A stretch of 64,000 nucleotides of DNA from a virus: the IMG/VR virus record IMGVR_UViG_3300010376_000036, positions 4,018 through 68,017 of that record; one strand, given 5' to 3'. The position numbers were made by a program, and so were the translations under genes. Positions 47,012-56,954 of this stretch are shown piece by piece (the first letter of the stretch is position 1; each line of letters opens with the position of its first letter). Below the pieces are notes generated by a model that made no database searches, was not told the origin of the DNA, and worked only from the letters and a program-made list of their open reading frames with translations.

Positions 47012-47283
47012 TGGAGTTACCCCAGCTTAATAAGTGGACTCCCAGCGATGCCGCTGGCGTCAACCAGTTCCTGAATACGCCACTGGGCCAAAAATGGCTA
47101 AATTTCCTGCATAACTACAAGCCGCGTATCACCTTCGAGAGCCTCAAAACTATCGAAATGGCCGGGATGACCGGTGCCTATGCCGCTGGTTACGAGCTGT
47201 GCCTTCTGCAGATTTATACCAGTTGCCGTGTCGTCGAGGAACCCGATGTCAGCGCTAAGCCAATCGATATGACCAAGGATTGA
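47011..47283 (+). CDS. Small head-module protein
   Basis: FLNTPLGQKWL; coupled to the portal gene. Confidence 0.6.
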   Translation: MELPQLNKWTPSDAAGVNQFLNTPLGQKWLNFLHNYKPRITFESLKTIEMAGMTGAYAAGYELCLLQIYTSCRVVEEPDVSAKPIDMTKD

Positions 47284-47284
47284 T

Positions 47285-48631
47285 ATGCCAGACGATAACC
47301 CTCCAATCAGTACCACGGTCCCGGAAACTGTCACGGTCGATACTGGTGCGAGTCCTGAGGACCTCAGCGCGCTAAAGGACCACTTCAAGGATTTCTGGGC
47401 GGAACAGGATTCTGAACCCAAAGCACCGGAAGCCCCCGGTCCAGCTCAGGAAACCAAGCCCGAAAAGGAGTTAGCCCCGGCTACTGAAAAAGTGGTAGCC
47501 AGGGTGGAACCTGTTGTTCCTCCGCCGACGGTGAAAGCTGAAGAATCGCCCAGGGAACATAGTGACGATGAGATTGATAAACTAACCCTGGTGACAGGGC
47601 AGCGCCCAGAGGTCTACGAACAGTTTAAGGTCGTCAAAGATAAATGGAAAGCTGACCGGGCTTTGTTGCGCACTCAGGAAGAACGACACAAAGCTATCGA
47701 AGCGCAGTTAAATGAGGCGCGCGCCAATCAACTTACGCCGGAACTAAGGGCTGACTACGAGCAATTAAACGGTATGCGGCGCCGGTTCAATATCGCTGCT
47801 GACCCGGAATTTAATCGCAGGTATCAGGTCCCGATCATCAACCAATACCTGAGTATCCTGGATGAAGCGGGCACCATGCTGGATGACCAGCAGCAAGGCG
47901 CGCGCTGGGCTGCCGATGTGAAGCAGGGCTGGGATAGTCCGGACAAACTAGGCGACACGATAGCTGAGCAGAAAGCATGGTGGCAACAAGCCGTGATCGC
48001 CAAAGTCTCCGATGAGATGAACCGGGAAGCGCTGCGGTCCCAGGTTAACGATTTGCTAAAACTCCAGAAAGATCGGAATACGGAGCTTTTCAAACACGGC
48101 AACGACGCTGCGAGCTACGACAACTGGATTAAGGAAAGAAATGCGGCAGCAAACAAATGGGCGCAGGAGGAGGTGCTGGCTGAGACCAGGATTCAGGAGC
48201 AACGGATTAAAGATTTTCTGCCGGTAGATATTAGTCAAGCTAAGACCAAGGAAGAGCGCGCGGCTATCGATGCGCACAATGAACGGTTCACACGACTGAA
48301 CGAATTCTTCAATCAAACGGTACAAGATCTTGAGCGTAACGGACCACGGGCCTGGGTGCGGGCGGCTCTGACCGCGACGCAGACCCAGATTATGGATGCG
48401 CAAATTGTTAACCTGGAAAAGGAATTGAAAGAAACAAAGGCTGAGCGCGACCAGCTCAAAAGCGATCTGGAAAAGATCAATGGTGCGCGCCGCCGGATAT
48501 CGCAGACGAGCGGTACGCCGCCGAGTCCGACCGGAGCCAAACCGCAGCAGAACGGGCAGGGCTTGTCTATACACGATCTGGATGTGCGCAAGAGCTTTAG
48601 GAACTTCGACTGGGGAGACGGCAGTAAATGA
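47285..48631 (+). CDS. Scaffolding protein (probable)
   Basis: Acidic disordered N-terminus, long coiled coils, and position. Confidence 0.6.
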   Translation: MPDDNPPISTTVPETVTVDTGASPEDLSALKDHFKDFWAEQDSEPKAPEAPGPAQETKPEKELAPATEKVVARVEPVVPPPTVKAEESPREHSDDEIDKLTLVTGQRPEVYEQFKVVKDKWKADRALLRTQEERHKAIEAQLNEARANQLTPELRADYEQLNGMRRRFNIAADPEFNRRYQVPIINQYLSILDEAGTMLDDQQQGARWAADVKQGWDSPDKLGDTIAEQKAWWQQAVIAKVSDEMNREALRSQVNDLLKLQKDRNTELFKHGNDAASYDNWIKERNAAANKWAQEEVLAETRIQEQRIKDFLPVDISQAKTKEERAAIDAHNERFTRLNEFFNQTVQDLERNGPRAWVRAALTATQTQIMDAQIVNLEKELKETKAERDQLKSDLEKINGARRRISQTSGTPPSPTGAKPQQNGQGLSIHDLDVRKSFRNFDWGDGSK

Positions 48632-49974
48632 TCTCGGTAAACGCAGAAGCTTTAGAGGCAAAGTATGGGGGACAGACCGGGGCGGCGGTTCAGCCAGCTC
48701 CCATGCAAGATCTTTATTATCCTGGGAGTGGTACGGTGCCAAACAAACAGGGACAGATACCGCAAGGAATACCCGTGTTAGAAGGTCAGTTTATTCAACA
48801 GCCTCAGGGGCGCGGCATGGCGGTGGTGCCGCCGCAACAGAATCAGCCCCCTGGACCGCAGATCGCGGTGGTGCCGCCGCAGCACGGAATCCGGACCACG
48901 ATAGGCACGATAGTCGAGCAGAGGGCGGTACCTGTGCCGGCCAAGCTGCCTGAACCCGACCCAACAACTCCTGTGCAGCCACTGAAGCCCCAGCGCGACC
49001 TGGATCTGGGTCAGATGATCTTGGAACATATCTGGGAAATGGGCGGTGCTAAGGCCAAGGCAGCTCAGGACTTCTACGAGAGAAGTCATGACACGCTAGA
49101 GAAATGGATGAAACAGCCAGGAACCATCCCGCTCTCCTGCGTCCTGAAGTTTATCAAGCGCACCCCAGGGGTTAAAGCCGATATCCTCGATGAGCTCGAA
49201 CCGCACTTCGCAGCCAACGGTCAGGAGGGATGGACCGAGAGTTTACCTAATCGTACCAAGACGAGCGTGATAGTCTGCGCACCGGTCCTGGAACGGCCGA
49301 CGTTGCCTTTCATGTGGACCTGTTTGTACTTGGCCAAGAAATACGAGCTTGGATTCGACGTGATGGCTGACACCGTGATCCACCGCAGCCGCAACATGTT
49401 AGCGCATCGGTTCCTCAAAAGCGGCGCAACCTGGAGTTTGTGGCTCGATTCCGACATGGCAGCGCCGATCAAGAATCCGGATTGGTACCGGTGGATCGCC
49501 GGTTCCCAGAACGTGCCTGAGGAATACACGAATTACGATGTGCTCGAGCGCCTCTTAGCCAGTGGCAAGCCGATTGTCGGAGGGGTTTACGCTTCGCGAA
49601 AATACCGAGGGCAACTGGTCGCTCAGCCCGAGATCCGGCCGCGACATCACGAGGACAAACTTCTGTGCGACCAGCTCCGCAGAGGGAGCGCCAGGGGTCT
49701 GGTCGAGGTCGATTGGATCGGATTCGGGTGTGCCTTGGTCCACCGGGAGGTCTTTTTGGAGGTCCAGCGCCAGTTCCCCAACCTCGCACCGGAGGCGGAA
49801 TTTACCCCCTGGAGGTACTTTCAACCGGAGAAAGACGAGGGCGAAGATGAGGCCTTCTGTCGCCGGGTCAAGCAATGCCAGATTCCCCTCTGGCTTGATA
49901 CACAGCTTATATGTCCGCATTTGGGCACGATGGCCTTTATGCCGGAACATTCAACCCCGCGACCAGACGTATGA
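48628..49974 (+). CDS. GT-A fold glycosyltransferase-like protein with long N-terminal extension
   Basis: IHRSRNMLA..FL...SLWLDSDM...IVGGVY...GFGCALVHREVF...GEDEAFCRR. Confidence 0.8.
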   Translation: MISVNAEALEAKYGGQTGAAVQPAPMQDLYYPGSGTVPNKQGQIPQGIPVLEGQFIQQPQGRGMAVVPPQQNQPPGPQIAVVPPQHGIRTTIGTIVEQRAVPVPAKLPEPDPTTPVQPLKPQRDLDLGQMILEHIWEMGGAKAKAAQDFYERSHDTLEKWMKQPGTIPLSCVLKFIKRTPGVKADILDELEPHFAANGQEGWTESLPNRTKTSVIVCAPVLERPTLPFMWTCLYLAKKYELGFDVMADTVIHRSRNMLAHRFLKSGATWSLWLDSDMAAPIKNPDWYRWIAGSQNVPEEYTNYDVLERLLASGKPIVGGVYASRKYRGQLVAQPEIRPRHHEDKLLCDQLRRGSARGLVEVDWIGFGCALVHREVFLEVQRQFPNLAPEAEFTPWRYFQPEKDEGEDEAFCRRVKQCQIPLWLDTQLICPHLGTMAFMPEHSTPRPDV

Positions 49975-49987
49975 GATTCCAACGACC

Positions 49988-50332
49988 ATGAAAATCTTAT
50001 TTTTGCTCTTGGGCCTAACCACGCTGGCAGTGCATGCCGCACCCTTCTTGGTCTGTGATCCGGTCCCGGCTAGCTCCGGCAACCAGGGGTTGAATGTAGT
50101 GTCCTACGTGATTACGGGGCTGGCCACGACCAATCTCAATGTGCAAGCGCAGGTCAATGCCGATGGCTCGCAGCAACTCCACTATGATTTGGGAGCGCTC
50201 AGCAATGGTTCTTACACCGTGACGGTGGCGGCCGTCAACGGCTTCGCTCAGGAGAGTCCGTTCACTGCCCCTTTCACCTTCACGGTGGGGGCACCGGCAA
50301 CCCCCACTGGTTTACGTCTGAGCCCAACCTGA
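49988..50332 (+). CDS. Secreted FN3/Ig-like small protein
   Basis: Signal peptide; GSYTVTVAAVNGFAQES...PATPTGLRL. Confidence 0.7.
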   Translation: MKILFLLLGLTTLAVHAAPFLVCDPVPASSGNQGLNVVSYVITGLATTNLNVQAQVNADGSQQLHYDLGALSNGSYTVTVAAVNGFAQESPFTAPFTFTVGAPATPTGLRLSPT

Positions 50333-50542
50333 GCCCGACTCCGGCGCAAGTGATTTTGGGCAGGTTTATTTTTCGAGCTCAGACGCCAACGCCGACTCCG
50401 AAACATCCGTGAAGAGGTCTAAAGCGGAGAAAAAACTGCTTAAGAAGATCACGAAACTGATTAAGAAATCTGCGCCCTATAACGACACACTTTCTTCAGA
50501 AGACCTCAACTTCGTGTTGCCGAAGTACATCGATAAAACAGA

Positions 50543-51256
50543 ATGCACGAAGACGAAATAATGCAGACTCCGGAAGGCTGGTGGGTAATGAGACACGATA
50601 CCCATTTCTCCCGTTGGGTGGAGCAAGCTAGGCGCCTGGATCACGATCAGCCGGTCCTCCAACGGCTGGTACCCTACATCAAACCCGGTTCGACCGTCTA
50701 CGATCTGGGCGCGGCCCTCGGCGATCACACGGTGTTTTATCTTAATCTGGTAGGAGCGACCGGGATCGTCGTGGCTATCGAGCCGCACCCCGTCCAGTTC
50801 GAATGCCTGAAACGCAATTGCCCACGGGCTTACTGTATCCCGCACGCCGTGGGGGAAACCCCAGGCGAAGTTTACCTCTTTCACGAGCCCGATTGCATCG
50901 GTGGCAGCCGGCTGGTTGATCCGGCTTGCCAGTGGCCGATGACCAAGCATCGCCGGATCACCATTGATGGCGACTGCGCGATTGGCGGCCAAGTGTCCTT
51001 CATGAAGATCGATATCGAGGGTTGTGAACCCCAGGCGCTTCGCGGTGCCCGACAGACGATTATGCATCATCGACCGACGATCTGGCTGGAGATTAACCCT
51101 ATCGCCTTACAGCGCCAGAATACTTCGACCGCCGAGCTCCAACATGTCTTGGAGAACGAACTGCAGTACCGTGTCGCCGAATTCTATCCGCCTGGGAGCG
51201 GGTGGCATGGGAGCGGAAACGACGCTCAATGTGATGCGCTGTTTTTACCGCGATGA
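50543..51256 (+). CDS. FkbM-family methyltransferase
   Basis: VYDLGAALGDHT...VVAIEPHP...FMKIDIEGCEPQALRGA..TI...RPTIWLE. Confidence 0.9.
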   Translation: MHEDEIMQTPEGWWVMRHDTHFSRWVEQARRLDHDQPVLQRLVPYIKPGSTVYDLGAALGDHTVFYLNLVGATGIVVAIEPHPVQFECLKRNCPRAYCIPHAVGETPGEVYLFHEPDCIGGSRLVDPACQWPMTKHRRITIDGDCAIGGQVSFMKIDIEGCEPQALRGARQTIMHHRPTIWLEINPIALQRQNTSTAELQHVLENELQYRVAEFYPPGSGWHGSGNDAQCDALFLPR

Positions 51257-52002
51257 ATCCTACCTGCGACATTTTAAGGATCAGCTGCCGGAAGGATCTG
51301 GAGTGGCTTTATTTTTCGACACGGCTGATCCAAAAATTCTGGCAGACCCCTGGCCGGATCTACGTTCGCCTGGATGCAGATTGCCGCGAAATCGTCGAAA
51401 GCTGGAACCTGGGCTCCAACGTTATCTACAGCTACATCACAGATGTGTGGCCCGACGGGTACACGATGCAGATGTACGAGAAAATGTTTGCCGATCAGAT
51501 CAGCGACGCCGAGCTGATCATCTCCTGGGATTCGGACCTGATGCTCTTCGGGCCGGCCTCAATCGAGACGTTGATGCATCAAGGTCTACCCGTGATCGAA
51601 TGGTGCGACTGGGCGGATTCACCGGTCGCGGAACGGGTCTGGCGCGGCCCCTGCGAACGTTGTATGGGGCTCTCATTGACTCGCGAACTGATGATCCAAT
51701 GCCCGTTTTTGTGGTGGCGCGACACCTATCGGTGCTGTCGGGAACACATCGAAGCCGTGCAAGGCAAGAGTCTTTATGAGACCGTTTACAGCGATGTGCC
51801 ATTTCGACCCGAGAACTTTCTCGCTCACCCGATGAAGTTTGCTGAGCACGATTGTCTCAACCTTTACGCGGTCACCTTCCAGCCTAAGCGTTACCACTTG
51901 CGTCATACCAGAGACCGGCCGGCTGATTGGCCCTTCCGCCTGTACTGGAGCCATGGTGACTGGACACTGGGCCTCAAAACCCATATCGAGAGCCTCCTAT
52001 GA
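51253..52002 (+). CDS. Glycosyltransferase-like protein
   Basis: GYTMQMYEKMFAD...IISWDSD (DxD motif). Confidence 0.65.
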   Translation: MNPTCDILRISCRKDLEWLYFSTRLIQKFWQTPGRIYVRLDADCREIVESWNLGSNVIYSYITDVWPDGYTMQMYEKMFADQISDAELIISWDSDLMLFGPASIETLMHQGLPVIEWCDWADSPVAERVWRGPCERCMGLSLTRELMIQCPFLWWRDTYRCCREHIEAVQGKSLYETVYSDVPFRPENFLAHPMKFAEHDCLNLYAVTFQPKRYHLRHTRDRPADWPFRLYWSHGDWTLGLKTHIESLL

Positions 52003-52310
52003 TCAGATTGACCCCGCAATACACAGACATCCCGCAGCCGAATTTTGAGGATCCTGCATCAGTGAAAGCCTATATGGACGCGTATCTGACCCGGCTGCAG
52101 CAACAGTTCCTGGCCTGCAGCATGGATTATTGGGTCCTGACTAGGACGATCACAGATTTATGCGACACCCTTGAAAAGCGTATCGCGACCATGGATCAGC
52201 GGGTCGTGCGACCTGACAAGCGCGAAATTGCCCAGGCCAGAAAATGGGCCAAAGAATTCCAGGAGCGTTCAGAAGCCATCGTTACACGCTTGGTGCCATC
52301 GAGGTCATGA
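51999..52310 (+). CDS. Hypothetical protein
   Basis: 103 aa; ATGA overlaps on both sides. Confidence 0.6.
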   Translation: MIRLTPQYTDIPQPNFEDPASVKAYMDAYLTRLQQQFLACSMDYWVLTRTITDLCDTLEKRIATMDQRVVRPDKREIAQARKWAKEFQERSEAIVTRLVPSRS

Positions 52311-53074
52311 TTTCCTTGTGTTTACAATGTTGCCCGCTGGATCTCGGACCGACCTTCGAGCTGGTGCAGTTGATCTGCGACCTGGAGAGAGAGAAACGTG
52401 GTGAGACAGAATTCTGGTTGATCTATCGCAAGGATTGTCCGATCTGGGTCCCGCGCGAATTCGAGAAACTCGCCAAACACAAGTTCGGACGAGCAGCGGC
52501 CTTGATGGCCCGCAACCATGACACCGGCTGGCCCGGTGGCAGCAACATGCTGGCGATGTCCTCCATGATGGAGATGACCATTTTGCATCGGCAAAACACC
52601 TCGCGCAACGAGGCCTATCTCCTCTTCGAGCCGGACTGCGTACCGCTCTCCTTTGACTGGATGGACCAACTTTCCGCCGAATGGGAAATCACCAAGGGCG
52701 AGGGCAAGGAAGCCTTCGGCCACTGGAACATGCCAGGGAGCATTCAAGACAATTTGCACATGAATGGCAACGCGGTGTTTCGCACCGATTTTTTCGATCT
52801 TCACCCGCAATGGACCGTGGGGAGCGCCAACCAAGGCTGGGATTTCTTTTACCGAGACAAGTACATCTCAGTGTCTCGCGACAGCTATGCGATCCAGCAG
52901 TATTACAATGCGCCGACCATTTCCCAGGAAGCCCTTGAGAGCGTCGAAAAGGGCGGCCGACGTCCCGCGTTGCTGCACGGAATCAAAGATGACAGCGCGC
53001 GCCGAGGCGTCAGGACCATGCTTTTTCGGCCCGTTTTTCCGTCTGTAAGTCCCTCAACGATAGCAAAAAGTTGA
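52307..53074 (+). CDS. Glycosyltransferase-like protein
   Basis: GWPGGSN...LLFEPDCVPL..DW...HMNGNAVF...WD...LLHGIKD. Confidence 0.6.
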   Translation: MISLCLQCCPLDLGPTFELVQLICDLEREKRGETEFWLIYRKDCPIWVPREFEKLAKHKFGRAAALMARNHDTGWPGGSNMLAMSSMMEMTILHRQNTSRNEAYLLFEPDCVPLSFDWMDQLSAEWEITKGEGKEAFGHWNMPGSIQDNLHMNGNAVFRTDFFDLHPQWTVGSANQGWDFFYRDKYISVSRDSYAIQQYYNAPTISQEALESVEKGGRRPALLHGIKDDSARRGVRTMLFRPVFPSVSPSTIAKS

Positions 53075-53103
53075 CGATATCGGAGGTTTTCAGCGTTGCG
53101 CAT
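53046..53103 (+). repeat. 58-bp dispersed element, copy A, upstream of the capsid gene
   Basis: TAAGTCCCTCAACGATAGCAAAAAGTTGACGATATCGGAGGTTTTCAGCGTTGCGCAT. Confidence 0.9.
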
Positions 53104-53337
53104 GCAAGGTTCGAAGCCGAAACATGAATTATTATCCTTGCATTTGATGCGCTGCGAGGCTAGACCCTAAATCGCAGTTTCGAGTGTCCGCTGCCAAGTC
53201 GTGACCTCAGCGTCCGCCACCGGGACGTGCAGTGTTGTATCGGGTGTTTTGTCCGCTGGTACTGAACACAGCAAACCTTGAACAACACCCCGCGTGTGCC
53301 CTTTTTCTGGCGCACCGCACAACTTGAATTACTATAA

Positions 53338-54579
53338 ATGGCTGATTGTATTGTAACTCCCATACAAGCCGTAGATTTTGCCAATCGTGATAACAACCGT
53401 CTTGTCGGTCAAATTACGACCCTGATCATGCGGCGCGCGCCGTATAACGACACCCTCGATGGTGGCGTTTTCGAGAACGGAATTTCGGATCAACAGAGGA
53501 ACGTGGTGGTCGAAAGACCAATCCTTGGGCAATCGCTCGTGTTGCCTGAGTATATCAATGACACTGATTCATGTGGAACATTCGGGCAAATCGCCCAGGT
53601 CGGCACGACGGAATACGTAACCCGGCTGGGGACTCTCCGTGGCAGAGGCCCTAAGGTGTGCTGCAAACAAATGCGCTCGGCATTTGAGAACAGCTACGTC
53701 GCGGTCCAGGATTCTTTGCAGAAACAGCTCCTCTATCTGAGCAACTGCGATGTGCGGAGCCAGTTGTTCCTGCACAGTGGGTTCAAAGTCAAGATCAACC
53801 AGGGGCGCACGTTCGAGGCGATGGTCAATGGCGACGTCCAGATGATCGATGTGGGCATGAACGATTCGACGCCACCTGACGCAAATTTAACATTCAGTTT
53901 CTTGCAGTACCTGCTCGTGTTCGCGCATGAAACCCTCCTATGCGAAGCATTCGAGAGCGAGAAAGGTGCGATTGCGAAATTCATCGGGAGCCAGAACCAA
54001 TTGAACGTGTTCCGGGACGAGTTGAACGTCCATCAGGATCTCCAGTACTTGACCACTGGGAAATACGATCTGGGCCACGAAGCGCTTACTGGTTACACCT
54101 GGGAAGGGCCTTATCGTGGCATTGCGTTTGGCATTGATCAACAGCCGTTGCGTTTCAACACGTTTACAGTGCTCAACGGACAGCTTATACCGCAATTCAT
54201 TGAACCAGAAATTGCGGTCGCCGTGACCACGGGGTTCGGGGCGAGAACAAATCCAGCTTGGTTGTACGCGCAATACGAGGTAGGCTTTCTTATATTCGCC
54301 AACAGCTTTCGTAGGCTAGTGCCCGAGCAATACCTGGGTGTTGGTGACTGGAAGTTCCCTGCGCAATACGCTCAAGGGGAGTTGGAATTCACTGTGATAC
54401 GGGATAATGATTGTAATACTTATGGTGATTATGGGTATCACATCTATCAGATGATCAGGGCGTATCGTCCTGAACGGCCACATGCCGTAATACCGATTGC
54501 ATACAAAAGGTGCAATCCCACGTTCAATTTCCTTACTTGCAATTCGTATCCTGGTTCTGCATCAGGTTACAGCATGTAG
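53338..54579 (+). CDS. Major capsid protein (probable)
   Basis: 413 aa with a long leader, a downstream terminator, and a position after scaffold and before tail genes. Confidence 0.75.
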   Translation: MADCIVTPIQAVDFANRDNNRLVGQITTLIMRRAPYNDTLDGGVFENGISDQQRNVVVERPILGQSLVLPEYINDTDSCGTFGQIAQVGTTEYVTRLGTLRGRGPKVCCKQMRSAFENSYVAVQDSLQKQLLYLSNCDVRSQLFLHSGFKVKINQGRTFEAMVNGDVQMIDVGMNDSTPPDANLTFSFLQYLLVFAHETLLCEAFESEKGAIAKFIGSQNQLNVFRDELNVHQDLQYLTTGKYDLGHEALTGYTWEGPYRGIAFGIDQQPLRFNTFTVLNGQLIPQFIEPEIAVAVTTGFGARTNPAWLYAQYEVGFLIFANSFRRLVPEQYLGVGDWKFPAQYAQGELEFTVIRDNDCNTYGDYGYHIYQMIRAYRPERPHAVIPIAYKRCNPTFNFLTCNSYPGSASGYSM

Positions 54580-54585
54580 GGATGC

Positions 54586-54622
54586 GAGGACCCGTGGCAC
54601 AAAATGGGTCCTCCTTCTTTTT
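54586..54622 (+). terminator. Intrinsic terminator after the capsid gene
   Basis: GAGGACCC-loop-GGGTCCTC followed by CTTCTTTTT. Confidence 0.7.
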
Positions 54623-54749
54623 GTACCGGGAGGGGCCGATGCGCTGTTTTTCTCCGTAACCCATTAATGGGTGGGGAGCGGACTGATTCCGACGATACCA
54701 GCATTTCGAGCGATGAGTTAGCTGAACACTGTGTCGGTCCCTCATTTTT

Positions 54750-55085
54750 ATGAGTAAACCAATCAAACTAGGCCGGAAGGATAAAGGGTTGCCGGTGGCT
54801 GCGATGATGCAAGCCATGACCAGCGATGATGATGACGGGTCACCCCGGCTGCATATCGACGGGCACGATGATCCGCGTCTTTTGGAGATGCCCGATCACG
54901 GGGAAGCCAAGATCAAGTATTCGGTCAAACACCGGCACCACGAAGAGAGCGACGAAAACGGTAAAAAGAAGCATCGCTACTCGGTGAGCCTCGCGGTGCA
55001 CCATATCGAACCGCCTGAGAAAAGCAAGAAGCAGGAAGGATACGGGGACGATCTGCGGAAGAGCTTCAGGAACAATTTCAAATGA
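54750..55085 (+). CDS. Hypothetical protein
   Basis: 111 aa, coupled to the next gene. Confidence 0.6.
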   Translation: MSKPIKLGRKDKGLPVAAMMQAMTSDDDDGSPRLHIDGHDDPRLLEMPDHGEAKIKYSVKHRHHEESDENGKKKHRYSVSLAVHHIEPPEKSKKQEGYGDDLRKSFRNNFK

Positions 55086-56950
55086 TCATCGTCTCAGAGG
55101 TGATAGCGCAAGTAGGAAGAGTCTTAGGGACTTGCGATCAGGAATATACCTTCGATGTACTCACGAGAGCTGTTGAGCTCTTGGCGAACAAGGCCACACG
55201 CACCAACGTGTTATGGGATCCCCTTTTGGTGTACGTGGATATTCCCATTGTCCAGTCTTACTACATCTGCTTGCCGCCGCATATCCAAAAACCAATCAAA
55301 ATCAATATCAATAAGCAACCGGCTTTTACACGGAATCAATTCTACGAGTTCAGCCTCAACGGGCCTGGGTCGAATGATCCCGAAAGCGGTTGGCAGTGGC
55401 AAGATCGCGGGTGGAAATGTCTGCAAAAACCGTGGCCGCCGGGAGGTAGCCAGTTCATTATCAACAGCGACAACAGCGCCGACCTCAACGCGCAGGTCTT
55501 GGTCAATGCCGTCAACCAGGACGGGAGCACGACCTGGATCACCGCTTACGTTGGGCAAGCCATTACCACAACTTTCTACAACATTTTGGAGGTCTCTAAA
55601 CCGCTCACCCAGGGCAACCTCTCCCTGTACGCGAGCCCCTACATTATCCCTTCAAAACTGGTCGCTACGTGGCAGCCACAGGTTCTCTATCCGCAATTTG
55701 AGTGGATCAAGTTAAGTCAGGCCGGAGTGAGTGCCAAGATCCTGGCCCGTCGGCGCACCCATAAAATCACGGCTGCGACCGATGTGATCCCGCTATCCAA
55801 CCGCCAAGCCATTATCACGGCATGTTTGGCCATACGCGGATTTGACACGCTTAACTGGGACGACGCGGCCGCTGCGGAACAAAACGCCATGAGGTTCTTA
55901 GATGAAGATCAAGCTGCCCGCAACCTTTTCGCCCGTGTTAGCAATGTTGCTGAAACGAGCCCGACCCTCAACCTTAACATTGGAACCCGCGATTCCATCA
56001 TCGTGGCGGACCTCTACGACGCCGCCTGCGACATCTTCGGCCCCATCGGCCAACAGAAAATCTTCGACCGAATCACCGAGTCAATAGAACTGCTGGCCAA
56101 TCTGAGCAACTGGGATCCGCTCATCGGGTACGTGGATATCCAGACCTTTGACAGCTTCTATGTCACCTTGCCCCAGTATGTCGATCAAATTTTGGCCATC
56201 AACGTCAACCACAGTACCGGAACTTTTCGTAACCAATGGTTTGAATTTTCGATGGACGGTTTGGGCCAGGACAACGACATGGCAGATGTCGTGGGCAGTA
56301 ACCGACCCTGTGGCGGCTGGGAAGAAATTGGCGAATCCCCCGTCGCGTTCCCTCTTTGGCAACCCAGCTACATAGCAGCTTATCCAGTAAACCAGGGTGA
56401 CACCGGGTGCATCATCCGGGCCTACGGACTCGATGTCAATGATCTCCCGGTCTACTCGGTTCACGATGGCCAGCTAGGAACACAAGTCACTTGCGAACAG
56501 AACAACTTTGATATCTCCGATCAAGCGCTGCCGTTTAAGCGGATCGATAGGATTGTACTGGGAGATCCCCAAAGCTTCATCCAGCTGTATGCAACTGATG
56601 GGACCGCTTACGGGCAAGCCCTCGGCACTTATTGGCCCAATATCCGGGAGCCACGCTTTCGCATCATAAAAATTGGCCAGAAAGCCGTGACAGTCAGAAT
56701 CCGGTACCGGAAACGGTTGGTTAAAATCACTAGTCTGACGGATCCCGTTCATATGCGGAGCCGCTCAGCCATGCTGCACGCGATGCGCGCGGTGATGACC
56801 GCGACCACTGACCCTAACGCCGCGACGATGCTGCTACAAGTCGCCAAAGACCTCTTAAACAAGGAATGGCGGGCCACCCATCCGCACGAGGAACTGAACT
56901 TGAGCATCGACCCAAGCATATGGGGCGGCTCCATGATTTCGATGCCGTGA
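55082..56950 (+). CDS. Head-tail adaptor/tail tubular A-like protein with internal tandem duplication
   Basis: Two homologous halves of about 300 aa; position after the capsid gene. Confidence 0.6.
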   Translation: MIIVSEVIAQVGRVLGTCDQEYTFDVLTRAVELLANKATRTNVLWDPLLVYVDIPIVQSYYICLPPHIQKPIKININKQPAFTRNQFYEFSLNGPGSNDPESGWQWQDRGWKCLQKPWPPGGSQFIINSDNSADLNAQVLVNAVNQDGSTTWITAYVGQAITTTFYNILEVSKPLTQGNLSLYASPYIIPSKLVATWQPQVLYPQFEWIKLSQAGVSAKILARRRTHKITAATDVIPLSNRQAIITACLAIRGFDTLNWDDAAAAEQNAMRFLDEDQAARNLFARVSNVAETSPTLNLNIGTRDSIIVADLYDAACDIFGPIGQQKIFDRITESIELLANLSNWDPLIGYVDIQTFDSFYVTLPQYVDQILAINVNHSTGTFRNQWFEFSMDGLGQDNDMADVVGSNRPCGGWEEIGESPVAFPLWQPSYIAAYPVNQGDTGCIIRAYGLDVNDLPVYSVHDGQLGTQVTCEQNNFDISDQALPFKRIDRIVLGDPQSFIQLYATDGTAYGQALGTYWPNIREPRFRIIKIGQKAVTVRIRYRKRLVKITSLTDPVHMRSRSAMLHAMRAVMTATTDPNAATMLLQVAKDLLNKEWRATHPHEELNLSIDPSIWGGSMISMP

Positions 56951-56954
56951 GACT

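Noticed and set aside
49562-49987. N-terminal part of the 256-aa ORF 49562-50332
   Set aside because: It overlaps the GT gene out of frame. The signal peptide indicates a start at 49988.
53080-53103. Sigma54 promoter in the 58-bp element
   Set aside because: The spacing does not fit GG-N10-GC.
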